Assembly: GCA_963664875.1 (NCBI GenBank)
Contig: OY761611.1
Location: 1,568,001-1,632,000 of the forward strand
Source of the DNA: Candidatus Kapaibacterium sp.
GTDB lineage: Bacteria > Bacteroidota > Ignavibacteria > Kapaibacteriales > UBA2268
DNA length: 64,000 bases
Direction of reading: 5' to 3'
How positions within the stretch are numbered: the first letter of the stretch is position 1; every line of letters starts with the position of its first letter. Position numbers and translations under genes: made by a program. The notes beneath the pieces are model-generated. The model worked only from the letters and a program-made list of their open reading frames with translations, was not told the DNA's origin and did no database searches. This document shows positions 1 through 9,123 of this stretch, one piece after another.

Positions 1-2
1 AC

Positions 3-1235
3 AAAAAAGAAGCAGAATTGATTGCCTCAATTATCAGTACAAATCTTAAGCATGGTTTTACCATGAAAGACTTTGCCGTGCTTTACAGAACTAATGCACA
101 GTCGATGCAATTAGAAAATCATTTCCGCAGAAATGGGCTCAAATACGACATTATAGGTGGCGTGTCATTCTATAAACGCAAAGAGATAAAAGATGCTCTT
201 GCCTATATAAAAATCCTGATAAATCCCAAAGATTCTGAATCATTTATGCGGGTAGTTAATGAACCACCCAGAGGAATTGGGACAACTACTTTGGAAAACA
301 TAAGACAGTTTGGTCTGGATAGAGGCATGGATTTTTATGATGCTTTTATGGCAGCAGAGCTCAATCCATTATTGAAAAAACGTGCTATTTTGTCTGTCAA
401 GGAGTTCGCAGCTCTTATCCAAACATACGTAGGTCAGAAAGAGAAGCTCAAACCTGCAGAACTGATAATCAAATACATAGAAGCAACCGGTTTGCTGAAA
501 ATGTATGAAGAAATCGGCACTGAAGAATCAAAAGACCGCTGGAACAACGTGCAGCAGTTACTTTCTGACATTTCCTCATATTTCAGAGTAAATCCTGACA
601 ATACTTTGGAAGAGTATATGCAGCAGGTTGCTTTGATTACAGATTTGGACACGACAGAGTTCGGCAAAGAAAAAGTAACACTAATGACCGTCCATGCAGC
701 CAAAGGTTTGGAGTTCCCTGTCGTTTTTGTAGCCGGCTTGGAAAAAGGACTTTTTCCGCTCGGAAAATCTGATGAAATAACCGAAGATTTGGAAGAAGAG
801 CGCCGATTATTTTATGTTGCAGTTACTCGAGCAGAGCAAAAACTGTTTTTATCCTATGCACAAAAAAGAATGAGATTTGGTGAAACCTCTTACCAGATTC
901 CTTCGCTCTTTTTAGATGAAATAAATTTGGAATTACTGGATTGGAAAATCAAAGAAGTTCCGAAAAATAAATTTGTTGCTCCTGCAAAACCACAAAGAGA
1001 TACCGGCTTTTTCAACGACATTCCTCCTCAGGAAGATTACTCTCAGGTGCCGAGACAGACCCCTGTAAAAGAGATAAAATTAAACATAGGCGACAGAGTA
1101 ATGCACCCTGTATTTGGCGAGGGGCAAATTTCCGGAATGACCGGTTTAGGAACTCAAAGAAAAGTTATAGTCAATTTCAAAAACGTCGGCAAAAAAACAC
1201 TTATGCTTAAGTTTGCTAAGCTTTCTAAAGCCTAA
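3..1235 (+). CDS. pcrA: UvrD/PcrA family ATP-dependent DNA helicase, C-terminal part (5' truncated by window edge)
   Basis: AVLYRTNAQS, TLMTVHAAKGLEFPVVF and EEERRLFYVAVTRA motifs plus a C-terminal Tudor-like segment (GDRVMHPVFGEG); frame open to the window start. Confidence 0.93.
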   Translation, partial: KKEAELIASIISTNLKHGFTMKDFAVLYRTNAQSMQLENHFRRNGLKYDIIGGVSFYKRKEIKDALAYIKILINPKDSESFMRVVNEPPRGIGTTTLENIRQFGLDRGMDFYDAFMAAELNPLLKKRAILSVKEFAALIQTYVGQKEKLKPAELIIKYIEATGLLKMYEEIGTEESKDRWNNVQQLLSDISSYFRVNPDNTLEEYMQQVALITDLDTTEFGKEKVTLMTVHAAKGLEFPVVFVAGLEKGLFPLGKSDEITEDLEEERRLFYVAVTRAEQKLFLSYAQKRMRFGETSYQIPSLFLDEINLELLDWKIKEVPKNKFVAPAKPQRDTGFFNDIPPQEDYSQVPRQTPVKEIKLNIGDRVMHPVFGEGQISGMTGLGTQRKVIVNFKNVGKKTLMLKFAKLSKA

Positions 1236-1261
1236 TATTTAGCTTACTTTACTGCCCCCTT

Positions 1262-1298
1262 CTCGCTACTCATTTAATAAAGCAATTAGTAGCGATTT
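1262..1298 (+). terminator. Putative intrinsic terminator after the helicase
   Basis: TCGCTACT...AGTAGCGA inverted repeat followed by TTTT. Confidence 0.45.
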
Positions 1299-1397
1299 TG
1301 CTATTTGTAACTTATACTATTTATTGTTTCTATAAGTCATATAAAAGAGCGAAATTGCATAGATATATCTGAAACATATTTTTTCTTAAGGATTTGC

Positions 1398-2468
1398 ATG
1401 TCTAACAAACTTTTTATAAAAGATCTCGGCTTCAACGATTTAGAACAGTATTTGGTCGATATGGGCGAAAAAAAATTCCGTGCCAAGCAGATAATGGACG
1501 AAATTTATTTACGCAGAATTGACAATTTCAAAGATGCTACCACTTTACCGGCAGAGCTTCGCGACAGATTAGATGAGTATTTTGAGATTAATTCTATATC
1601 TATTTCTAAAAAGAGAATAAGCAAAGATGGCTCGGTCAAATACTTGTTTTCATTGAAAGACAACTACAGTGTGGAAGCTGTTTATATGCCATGGTTCGAC
1701 GAATCGGGCGAAAATATCGAAAGAGTCTCGCTGTGCATATCTTCTATGGCAGGTTGCCCCGTGGGTTGTGCATTTTGTGCAACCGGCACTCTGGGTTTCC
1801 AAAGAAATCTATCTGCTGCAGAAATTATAGACCAAATCCTTTTAGTAGAAAAAGATTTGAACTGTAAGATAAAGAACATTGTATATATGGGCATGGGCGA
1901 ACCGCTCATGAATTACAACAATGTTGTAAAATCTATTGAGATAATGGCTGATGACAGAATCAAGCTGATATCGAGAAAAAGAATTACTCTCTCTACTTCC
2001 GGAGTAGCTCCACGAGTAAAACAGCTAGCGAAAGAGAAATACCCTGTAAAACTGGCGATTTCTCTTCATGCTACGACTAACGGACTCAGGGAAAAATTGA
2101 TGCCTATATCAAAATCATTTCCTATCCAAAAGCTAATGGACGCTGTCGAGGAATACTACAGAGAAACAAAAATGGGCATTACTTATGAATATATCCTTTT
2201 TGAAGGACTAAACGACACAGATGAAGACATAAAGAGACTCACAAAAATTGCAAGAAGAGTCCCTTCAAGAGTAAACGTAATCCCTTTTAACGATATTTCT
2301 TTCACAGGAGCAGATGGTTTTGTGAAAGAACTGAAGCCTGCAAGCAAGGAAAACATGAAACGTTTTGCTGATAAGCTAAGACAAAACAAGATTCCTGTGA
2401 TTCTTAGAGATACTTTCGGTAGCGATATTGAAGCAGCTTGCGGCCAGTTAGCCTTGTCTGAAGAATAA
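1398..2468 (+). CDS. rlmN: 23S rRNA m2A2503 / tRNA m2A37 radical SAM methyltransferase
   Basis: CISSMAGCPVGCAFCATG (CxxxCxxC), MGMGEPL and C-terminal AACGQL. Confidence 0.96.
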   Translation: MSNKLFIKDLGFNDLEQYLVDMGEKKFRAKQIMDEIYLRRIDNFKDATTLPAELRDRLDEYFEINSISISKKRISKDGSVKYLFSLKDNYSVEAVYMPWFDESGENIERVSLCISSMAGCPVGCAFCATGTLGFQRNLSAAEIIDQILLVEKDLNCKIKNIVYMGMGEPLMNYNNVVKSIEIMADDRIKLISRKRITLSTSGVAPRVKQLAKEKYPVKLAISLHATTNGLREKLMPISKSFPIQKLMDAVEEYYRETKMGITYEYILFEGLNDTDEDIKRLTKIARRVPSRVNVIPFNDISFTGADGFVKELKPASKENMKRFADKLRQNKIPVILRDTFGSDIEAACGQLALSEE

Positions 2469-2571
2469 AGTGCGAAATCATTTGTAGAGAGTATGCTTCT
2501 ATAACTTTTGCAATGCTCTCGCCGCTTTATCTCATAAGAAAACTTTTTGTACAAACAGCACGGGAAAAAAA

Positions 2572-3480
2572 ATGAAGTACTTTGCTATTATTCTCTTTTT
2601 TATAGCTTCTTTTATTTCTTCTTATGCCTTAGAAGCCTTGCCAAGAGATTTGATGCTTGGCGAGGATTATACATACGTGATTCGTATGAAAAATGGCGAT
2701 GTAATGACGGGTTCAATCGTAGAATTTAAAAATAGCCCCGAAAAAGGTGAAGGTTTCAGATTTCAGATGGAAATTGGAACTGCCACATTCTACGCTGAAC
2801 AAATAAAAGAAATCAATCTAAAAGAAGATAATTACCGCCATGACAGCAGAGTATTTCTACTCCCTACTGCAAAAGCTATCAAAAACAACCACTACATTGG
2901 TGCGTTTGAGCTACTTTTTTTCAATGCGGGGTTTGGCATTACTGATTATGTTTCAGTTATGATTGGAAGGAGCGTGCTGCCTTTTATCAATGGGAATGAC
3001 CAAATCACAAATTTTGATGCAAAAGTTACATTCTACGATGAAAAGTTTGAAGATTATGACGGCAGCATGGCTCTTGCAGTTGGTAGTAACCTTGCTTTCA
3101 TCAATCACAACAACAGATTGATACATGCCTACGCTGTGGCTACATTTACAGGTGCGAAATCCAGAATGACGGGAAATATTTATTACAAGGCCGGCAGTGC
3201 CGACTACTACGATGTTCGGTTCAGAGATGAGTTGCTCGATCTGCAATATGCCGACGGAGCTTTTGGTATAGGTCTTGGAGTTGATACTAAGTTTGACAGC
3301 TGGCAAGGTGTCCACTTTATAGGCGAACTTTGGAATAACAATGTCGAAAAACCAACAAACACAGGTGTTTTGCTTGGCGTAAGGCTTTGCAATACTGAGT
3401 TTGCAGCAGACTTTGGTTTTGCATTCTCCACTGCTCCTTTTGTCGCCCCGTTTGCAAGCTTTGTTTGGACTATGTTTTAG
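2572..3480 (+). CDS. Secreted hypothetical protein, possibly outer-membrane
   Basis: Signal peptide, MKNGDVMTG N-terminal motif, amphipathic beta-rich C-terminus ending in Phe. Confidence 0.6.
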   Translation: MKYFAIILFFIASFISSYALEALPRDLMLGEDYTYVIRMKNGDVMTGSIVEFKNSPEKGEGFRFQMEIGTATFYAEQIKEINLKEDNYRHDSRVFLLPTAKAIKNNHYIGAFELLFFNAGFGITDYVSVMIGRSVLPFINGNDQITNFDAKVTFYDEKFEDYDGSMALAVGSNLAFINHNNRLIHAYAVATFTGAKSRMTGNIYYKAGSADYYDVRFRDELLDLQYADGAFGIGLGVDTKFDSWQGVHFIGELWNNNVEKPTNTGVLLGVRLCNTEFAADFGFAFSTAPFVAPFASFVWTMF

Positions 3481-3486
3481 TTATTT

Positions 3487-3771
3487 ATGGAACAGAAAAT
3501 CAACATAGAAAAACTATGCACTCTATCAGGTCTCGATCCAAATTTAGAGAATTTGGAGAAACTTACTTCTGCTCTCGTGCATAATTTGAAAATAGTTTCT
3601 GTACTTAATACCGACAAGATACACAACCCCTCTGAATTCAGCATTGCAGATATTGATGGCAATGATTTAGAAGACAATGACAATCCCAAAACATTCGAAA
3701 ATGTAGAAGCACTTAGAAAAGAATTCCCTAATAGAGAAGGTAACGAGCTAAAAATCAAAAAAGTCTTATAG
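3487..3771 (+). CDS. gatC: Asp-tRNA(Asn)/Glu-tRNA(Gln) amidotransferase subunit C-like protein
   Basis: 94 aa; IEKLCTLSGL start and FPNREGNELKIKKVL end resemble the GatC pattern. Confidence 0.6.
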   Translation: MEQKINIEKLCTLSGLDPNLENLEKLTSALVHNLKIVSVLNTDKIHNPSEFSIADIDGNDLEDNDNPKTFENVEALRKEFPNREGNELKIKKVL

Positions 3772-3911
3772 CATACACAGAATATCAAGCCATACCTTTG
3801 TACTACCCAAGTATAGAAATCATTCCCTAATATCAAAACTAAGAACAAAATAAAAATGTAAAATATTTGTCAATTAGCTATGGCTAAATGATGTAATATT
3901 TGGAGACAACG

Positions 3912-4691
3912 ATGAAGTATTTTATTATCCTTTTTGCACTTTTTTTTAGTGCCTCGCTATTGGCTCAGGAAGAAAACGGAAGCGATCTTGTTGATTTTAA
4001 ACTTTTCTTATATCAACATGATGAAAACACTAAAACAATAACTATTGCTGCAGAATTTACTATGGAAAAGCACTGGCATACCTACTGGATCAATCCCGGA
4101 GATGCAGGCTTACCAACCTATGTAGATTGGCAGTTGCCTGATAATATCAAACTTGTTTCAGAAAATTGGCCTTATCCTGAAAAAATTCCTTTTGCAGATA
4201 TGGCAAATTTCGGATATGAAAATGTAACAGCTGCTTTTTTTACTTTTAAATACGATGGCAAAGCTGATTTTAGTAAAATCTCTGCAAAAGCCTCATGGCT
4301 GGTTTGCAAAGAAAAATGTCTGCCGGGTTCGGCAGATGCCAATCTAACAACTGATACAGATGCCAAGAAAAAATCTGAGCTTGCTTCTTTTGAGAGCAAA
4401 CTGCCAATAAAGACTAATACAAAAGGTAGTTTCAGACAAGATGGGGAAAGACTTATAGTTACTTTGGAAATGCCTGCACTTTCTGATGCAAAGATATTTC
4501 CTGTAAATGAAGGCATTTTTGAAAATGCTAAAGATGCAATTTTGCAACGTGATGCTGACGGTTTTACATTTACACTATTCCTTTCTGATTTCAGAGTAGA
4601 AGATCCTAATCAGTTCGAATTACTTATAATTAGCAATGAACTTCTCAAATCATACGGTAAAGAATCAATTATTGTCAAACTAAATAAATAA
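3912..4691 (+). CDS. DsbD N-terminal-domain (thiol:disulfide interchange) protein
   Basis: WHTYWINPGDAGLP and WLVCKEKCLPG motifs; signal peptide; ATG 3912 follows GGAG. Confidence 0.85.
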   Translation: MKYFIILFALFFSASLLAQEENGSDLVDFKLFLYQHDENTKTITIAAEFTMEKHWHTYWINPGDAGLPTYVDWQLPDNIKLVSENWPYPEKIPFADMANFGYENVTAAFFTFKYDGKADFSKISAKASWLVCKEKCLPGSADANLTTDTDAKKKSELASFESKLPIKTNTKGSFRQDGERLIVTLEMPALSDAKIFPVNEGIFENAKDAILQRDADGFTFTLFLSDFRVEDPNQFELLIISNELLKSYGKESIIVKLNK

Positions 4692-4703
4692 AGGAGTTTT
4701 GAT

Positions 4704-5330
4704 ATGATAAAACACTTCAAATCAATTGCTATCGCACTAATCGCAATCTTTGCTTTCTCAGTGGCTTATGCCGTTGTCCCGGGTAAAGCTAAAATAAATG
4801 AAACTGCCCCTGTTTTTACTCTAAAAGACAGTAACGGCAAAGAGCATAATCTCTCCGATTTCAAAGGAAAAATTGTTGTTTTGGAATGGATTAACTTTGA
4901 TTGTCCTTTTGTCAAAAAGCACTATGACGGCAACAATATGCAGTCGTTGCAAAAAAAATATACCGATAAAGGAGTTATTTGGCTCTCGATATGTTCATCT
5001 GCAGAAGGGCAACAAGGAAATTTCGATAATTCTGAAATAAACAAACGCATCAAAGACAAAAAAGCAGCTATGACAGCTTATCTGATTGACGAAACAGGCG
5101 AAGTAGGCGGGCTATATTCAGCAAAAACTACTCCGCACATGTATGTCATAGACAAAAGTGGAAAACTTGTTTATGCAGGAGCTATTGACGATAAAAAGTC
5201 AACTGACCCGGAAGATACTAAAAACTCTAAAAACTATGTTGCTGCTGCATTAGATGAACTATTAGCCGGCAAAGCGGTTTCAGAAGCAGTAACTACTCCT
5301 TACGGTTGCTCAGTAAAATATAAAAAATAG
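4704..5330 (+). CDS. Thioredoxin-fold AhpC/TSA redoxin family protein
   Basis: VLEWINFDCPFVKKHY, AKTTPHMYVID and YGCSVKY motifs. Confidence 0.9.
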   Translation: MIKHFKSIAIALIAIFAFSVAYAVVPGKAKINETAPVFTLKDSNGKEHNLSDFKGKIVVLEWINFDCPFVKKHYDGNNMQSLQKKYTDKGVIWLSICSSAEGQQGNFDNSEINKRIKDKKAAMTAYLIDETGEVGGLYSAKTTPHMYVIDKSGKLVYAGAIDDKKSTDPEDTKNSKNYVAAALDELLAGKAVSEAVTTPYGCSVKYKK

Positions 5331-5380
5331 CCCAATTTACTAATGACTGTTTTCGTAGATATTTTCTACGGAATAAATAC

Positions 5381-5428
5381 AAAAAACATCCGCCTGCAGG
5401 ACTATAATTACCGGCAGGCGGATGTTTA
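5381..5428. terminator. Terminator hairpin between the convergent redoxin and rocD genes
   Basis: AAACATCCGCCTGC...GCAGGCGGATGTTT 14-bp inverted repeat with flanking A/T tracts. Confidence 0.75.
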
Positions 5429-5453
5429 ATTATATCGATAAGTCGAAAAAGGA

Positions 5454-6653
5454 TTAGTCTAATTCTTTTACAACTTTAGTGATTCTTTCGATTGCCCAGT
5501 CGATTTCTTCTTTAGTGATTACCAAAGGAGGAGCAAAACGGATAATATTTTCGTGTGTTTCTTTGCATAGGATACCTTCCTGCATCAATTTTTCGCAGTA
5601 AGGACGTGCTTTTCTATCTAAAACAAAACCAATCCAAAGACCACGACCACGAACTTCAGTAATGTGAGCGCTATCGATAGCACGAAGTTGCTCAACGAAG
5701 TAATTACCTAATTCAAAAGATTTTTCAACTAATTTTTCTTCTTCGATTACTTCCAAAGCTCTGATAGCAACAGCAGCACCAAGAGGGTTACCACCGAAAG
5801 TAGAACCATGTTCGCCCGGTTTGATAACACCCATGATTGGTTCGTCAGCTAAAATACCTGATACAGGATAGAAGCCACCGGAAAGAGCTTTACCAACGAT
5901 TACGATGTCAGGGCGTACTTCTTCGTAGTAGTGAGCAAAAAGTTTACCACTTCTGCCAAGACCAGCCTGAATTTCGTCGCAGATAAACAGAATGTTATTT
6001 GCTTTACAAATTTCTGCGATACCTTTCAAGTAACCGTCAGGAGGAATAACCACACCACCTTCACCTTGGATTGGCTCAACCAAAACAGCGCAAGTGTTAG
6101 GAGTGATTTTAGATTTAAGATCTTCTAAATTGCCGTATTCGTGCATTGGGAATGCTTCTTTGCAGTAAGGACCGAAGCCTTTGAAAGAAGAAGGATCATC
6201 AGAGAAACCAACGATAGTTGAAGTACGACCGTGGAAGTTACCTGTAGCAACAACGATTTCAGCAGTATCTTCTTTCAAGCCTTTTACATCATAAGCCCAA
6301 CGACGAGCAACTTTGATTGCAGATTCTACTGCTTCAGCGCCTGAGTTCATAGGCAAGAAGTTACCGTAACCTGTCATTTCATTGATTTTTTTGTAAAGCA
6401 TAGGCAATTTGTCATTACGGAACGCACGGCTTGTCAAAGTTACTTTTTCAACCTGTTCCAAAAATGCTTTTTTGATTTCAGGGTGGCAGTGACCTTGGTT
6501 TACAGCAGAGTAAGCAGCCAAGCAATCCAAATATTTTTTGCCTTCTACATCTTCTACCCAGATGCCTTGAGCTTTAGTAACTACTACGTCTAATGGGTGA
6601 TAATTATGGGCACCCAACTTATTTTCTATATCGATAAACTCTTGAGTTTTCAT
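5454..6653 (-). CDS. rocD: Ornithine--oxo-acid aminotransferase
   Basis: GAHNYHPL, YSAVNQGHCHP, EPIQGEGG, DEIQAGLGR, GKALSGG, HGSTFGGNPL. Confidence 0.95.
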   Translation of the reverse strand: MKTQEFIDIENKLGAHNYHPLDVVVTKAQGIWVEDVEGKKYLDCLAAYSAVNQGHCHPEIKKAFLEQVEKVTLTSRAFRNDKLPMLYKKINEMTGYGNFLPMNSGAEAVESAIKVARRWAYDVKGLKEDTAEIVVATGNFHGRTSTIVGFSDDPSSFKGFGPYCKEAFPMHEYGNLEDLKSKITPNTCAVLVEPIQGEGGVVIPPDGYLKGIAEICKANNILFICDEIQAGLGRSGKLFAHYYEEVRPDIVIVGKALSGGFYPVSGILADEPIMGVIKPGEHGSTFGGNPLGAAVAIRALEVIEEEKLVEKSFELGNYFVEQLRAIDSAHITEVRGRGLWIGFVLDRKARPYCEKLMQEGILCKETHENIIRFAPPLVITKEEIDWAIERITKVVKELD

Positions 6654-6692
6654 GGAATATATCCCTTACAATAGAATATTTGTTTAAAAATA

Positions 6693-6752
6693 GAATTATT
6701 TATCTTAGCCGCAAGCAAAAGCATGCGCTTGCACTTGTGCTAATATCCGATA
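6693..6752. repeat. 60-bp direct repeat, copy 1
   Basis: GAATTATTTATCTTAGCCGCAAGCAAAAGCATGCG...TGTGCTAATATCCGATA; 55/60 identical to 7026-7085 by manual alignment. Confidence 0.9.
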
Positions 6753-6935
6753 GACTTGTATTCTTGACTATCCTACTTCTCTTCGGCGTTGCTCAGTGTA
6801 AACTTTAGCTCAGCCAAAACTACTTTGTATGCCAGCCTTTATTCAGATAAGCATATATCCTGAAAAGGATTTGTACATTCTGCAAAAATAGAGAACGAGG
6901 TATGGAGAAAAGCGTTCTTTTTTCTTTTTCTTTGG

Positions 6936-6986
6936 TTTCCGTTTCTTTTGCTTTTTTATCGCAAAAAAAAGAAAAAGAAATGGAAA
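6936..6986. repeat. Long T-rich/A-rich hairpin (REP/MITE-like)
   Basis: TTTCCGTTTCTTTTGCTTTTTT-ATCGC-AAAAAAAAGAAAAAGAAATGGAAA imperfect inverted repeat. Confidence 0.6.
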
Positions 6987-7025
6987 AAGCTTTGCCAATC
7001 TCTTATCTAAATCACGAACAAATGC

Positions 7026-7085
7026 GAATTATTTATCTTAGCAGCAAGCAAAAGCATGCGGCTGGAATTGTGCTAATATCCGATA
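7026..7085. repeat. 60-bp direct repeat, copy 2
   Basis: Matches 6693-6752 with 5 mismatches. Confidence 0.9.
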
Positions 7086-7117
7086 AATACAAGTTTCTAT
7101 AAAAAATATCGGACAAA

Positions 7118-8032
7118 TTACATATTATCGAAAAGCATTGTGAGCAATGCCATTCTAATCAAAAGACCATTTTTGCTCTGTCTGAAATATGCTGCACGAG
7201 GATCGCTATCCACTTCCGGGCTAATCTCCACAGAACGTGGTAATGGGTGCATAATTATAGAATCATATTTCATTCTTTGCAAAACAGTCTTATCTATATT
7301 AAATACGGAAAGATCCATATCCTGTTTTGCTAATCTGTCTCTGTTGATTCTTGTTTGGTAAACAACGTCAACTTTTTCGATTATCTCTTCAGTGCTGTTA
7401 GCCAATTTGTACCAAACACCTCTTTCTTCGAGATGCTCAAGTATATCTTGTTTAATCTGCAACTCTTCAGGAGCAATAAAATAGAGTTTTACTCTGTCAA
7501 ATTTGCTAAGCAAATAAGCTAACGAGCGAACAGTACGACCATTATCCAAAGCACCTATGAAAGCAACGGAAAGACCATTTAGAGTTTTACATTCGTTATA
7601 GATTGTAAACAACTCCAAAAGAGCCTGTGTCGGGTGTTGACCGCCAGAACCGTCGCCGGCATTGATGATAGGAACATGTGAAACGGCTGCAGCACGCTTT
7701 GCACCGCCGTCTTCATGGTGGCGAAGAACTATACCATCGCAGTAATTGCTTATGATTTGGATAGTATCTTCCAAGCTTTCCCCTGCAATTTCAGAAGAAA
7801 AGCTCATAGCCTGCTCAGTAGAAAGCACTTTACCACCTAATCTGTACATAGCAGCTTCGAATGAGAAGCGAGTACGTGTAGAAGGTTTGTAAAAAAGAGT
7901 TGCAAGGATTCTATCTGAATAGTCCATAGTGCCGCCTCTTTTTACGATGCGTTCCATTTCATGAGCACGGTCGAAAAGTTCCATAATTCTTGGAACGGAA
8001 AATTGCTGAGATTCTACTATGTGTTTAAACAT
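7118..8032 (-). CDS. pyrB: Aspartate carbamoyltransferase-like protein with atypical active-site residues
   Basis: PSTRTRFSFEAAM, INAGDGSGGQHPTQALL, GRTVRSL, YQTRI, MHPLPR. Confidence 0.8.
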   Translation of the reverse strand: MFKHIVESQQFSVPRIMELFDRAHEMERIVKRGGTMDYSDRILATLFYKPSTRTRFSFEAAMYRLGGKVLSTEQAMSFSSEIAGESLEDTIQIISNYCDGIVLRHHEDGGAKRAAAVSHVPIINAGDGSGGQHPTQALLELFTIYNECKTLNGLSVAFIGALDNGRTVRSLAYLLSKFDRVKLYFIAPEELQIKQDILEHLEERGVWYKLANSTEEIIEKVDVVYQTRINRDRLAKQDMDLSVFNIDKTVLQRMKYDSIIMHPLPRSVEISPEVDSDPRAAYFRQSKNGLLIRMALLTMLFDNM

Positions 8033-8171
8033 GAGCAACCGCCTTTATATTTAAAATTATTAAGCTCTGTTTTTTTAAATTAAACGAATTAGGTAGCAAT
8101 AAAATATATATATTTTAAAATTGCTGCAAAAAAAACCGAATAATTTTACAAAAACAAGCACATTTAAAACA

Positions 8172-9122
8172 CTACGCAGTGATGTGCGTACCGGCTTTAC
8201 CTTCGAGAGCATCCATCAAATATTCATAAGAAGTAATGATAGCTTTTTTGCCACCATTTTTTACAAATTTGATAGCAGACTCAATTTTAGGAAGCATAGA
8301 GCCCGGAGCGAAATGCCCTTCTTTCACATATTGTTCCATTTCAGCAACAGTTGCATGAGAGATGCTTCGCATAGTTGGCTTTTTGAAATCCAAATAAGCA
8401 GCATCAGCATCAGTACTGATAATAAATACATCGACGTCTAAATCAAAAGCAAGTAAAGCAGAAGATCTGTCTTTATCAATCACAGCTTCTGAGCCTTCGA
8501 TTTCGCCGTTTTCTTTTTTGACTACAGGGATACCGCCACCACCAAGAGCCACAGTCAAAATATCCATTTCGATATTTTTCTTAATTACTTCGAGCTGAAG
8601 TATTTCTTTTGGCTGAGGTGATGGTACTACTCTTCTATAACCGCGTGAAGCATCTTCGACAACATTCCAGCCTAAAGTTTTGCTTTTTTCTTCAGCTACT
8701 TCTTTAGTGTAAAATGGGCCAATTGGCTTATTTGGATTTTGGAATGCAGGATCCGCAGGATCTACCGCACACATTGTCGGGATAACTGTTACTAAATTTT
8801 TAAGTCCTAATTCGCGTAACTCAGCTTCCATAGCTCTCTGCATGATATACCCAATTTCACTTTGAGTAGTAGCTACGCACATATCCAAAGTATGAGTATA
8901 TACTTCGCCGGCAGCTCTTTCGCTTCTAAGCAGAGCGGCACCTGCCTGAGGGCCGTTACCGTGAGTTACAACAACTTGCCAGCCCATTTCCACCATCTTG
9001 CAGATAGTTTTGGCTGTGGCTCTTGCATTTCCGAGTTGTTCCTCGATCGTGCCGCGTTCACCGGCACGAATCAAGGAATTACCACCTACAGCTATTAACG
9101 CTTTTTTTGACACTAAAGTCAC
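8172..9122 (-). CDS. arcC: Carbamate kinase
   Basis: AVGGNSL, THGNGPQ, KPIGPFY, YRRVVPSP, EAVIDKD, GSMLPK. Confidence 0.95.
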   Translation of the reverse strand: MTLVSKKALIAVGGNSLIRAGERGTIEEQLGNARATAKTICKMVEMGWQVVVTHGNGPQAGAALLRSERAAGEVYTHTLDMCVATTQSEIGYIMQRAMEAELRELGLKNLVTVIPTMCAVDPADPAFQNPNKPIGPFYTKEVAEEKSKTLGWNVVEDASRGYRRVVPSPQPKEILQLEVIKKNIEMDILTVALGGGGIPVVKKENGEIEGSEAVIDKDRSSALLAFDLDVDVFIISTDADAAYLDFKKPTMRSISHATVAEMEQYVKEGHFAPGSMLPKIESAIKFVKNGGKKAIITSYEYLMDALEGKAGTHITA

Positions 9123-9123
9123 C

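Noticed and set aside
6693-7085. CRISPR array
   Set aside because: Only two 60-bp copies, 273 bp between them, and no cas genes.
6902-7102. 66-aa ORF in the pyrB-rocD spacer
   Set aside because: Translation of the low-complexity hairpin and repeat, antisense to the operon; probably spurious.
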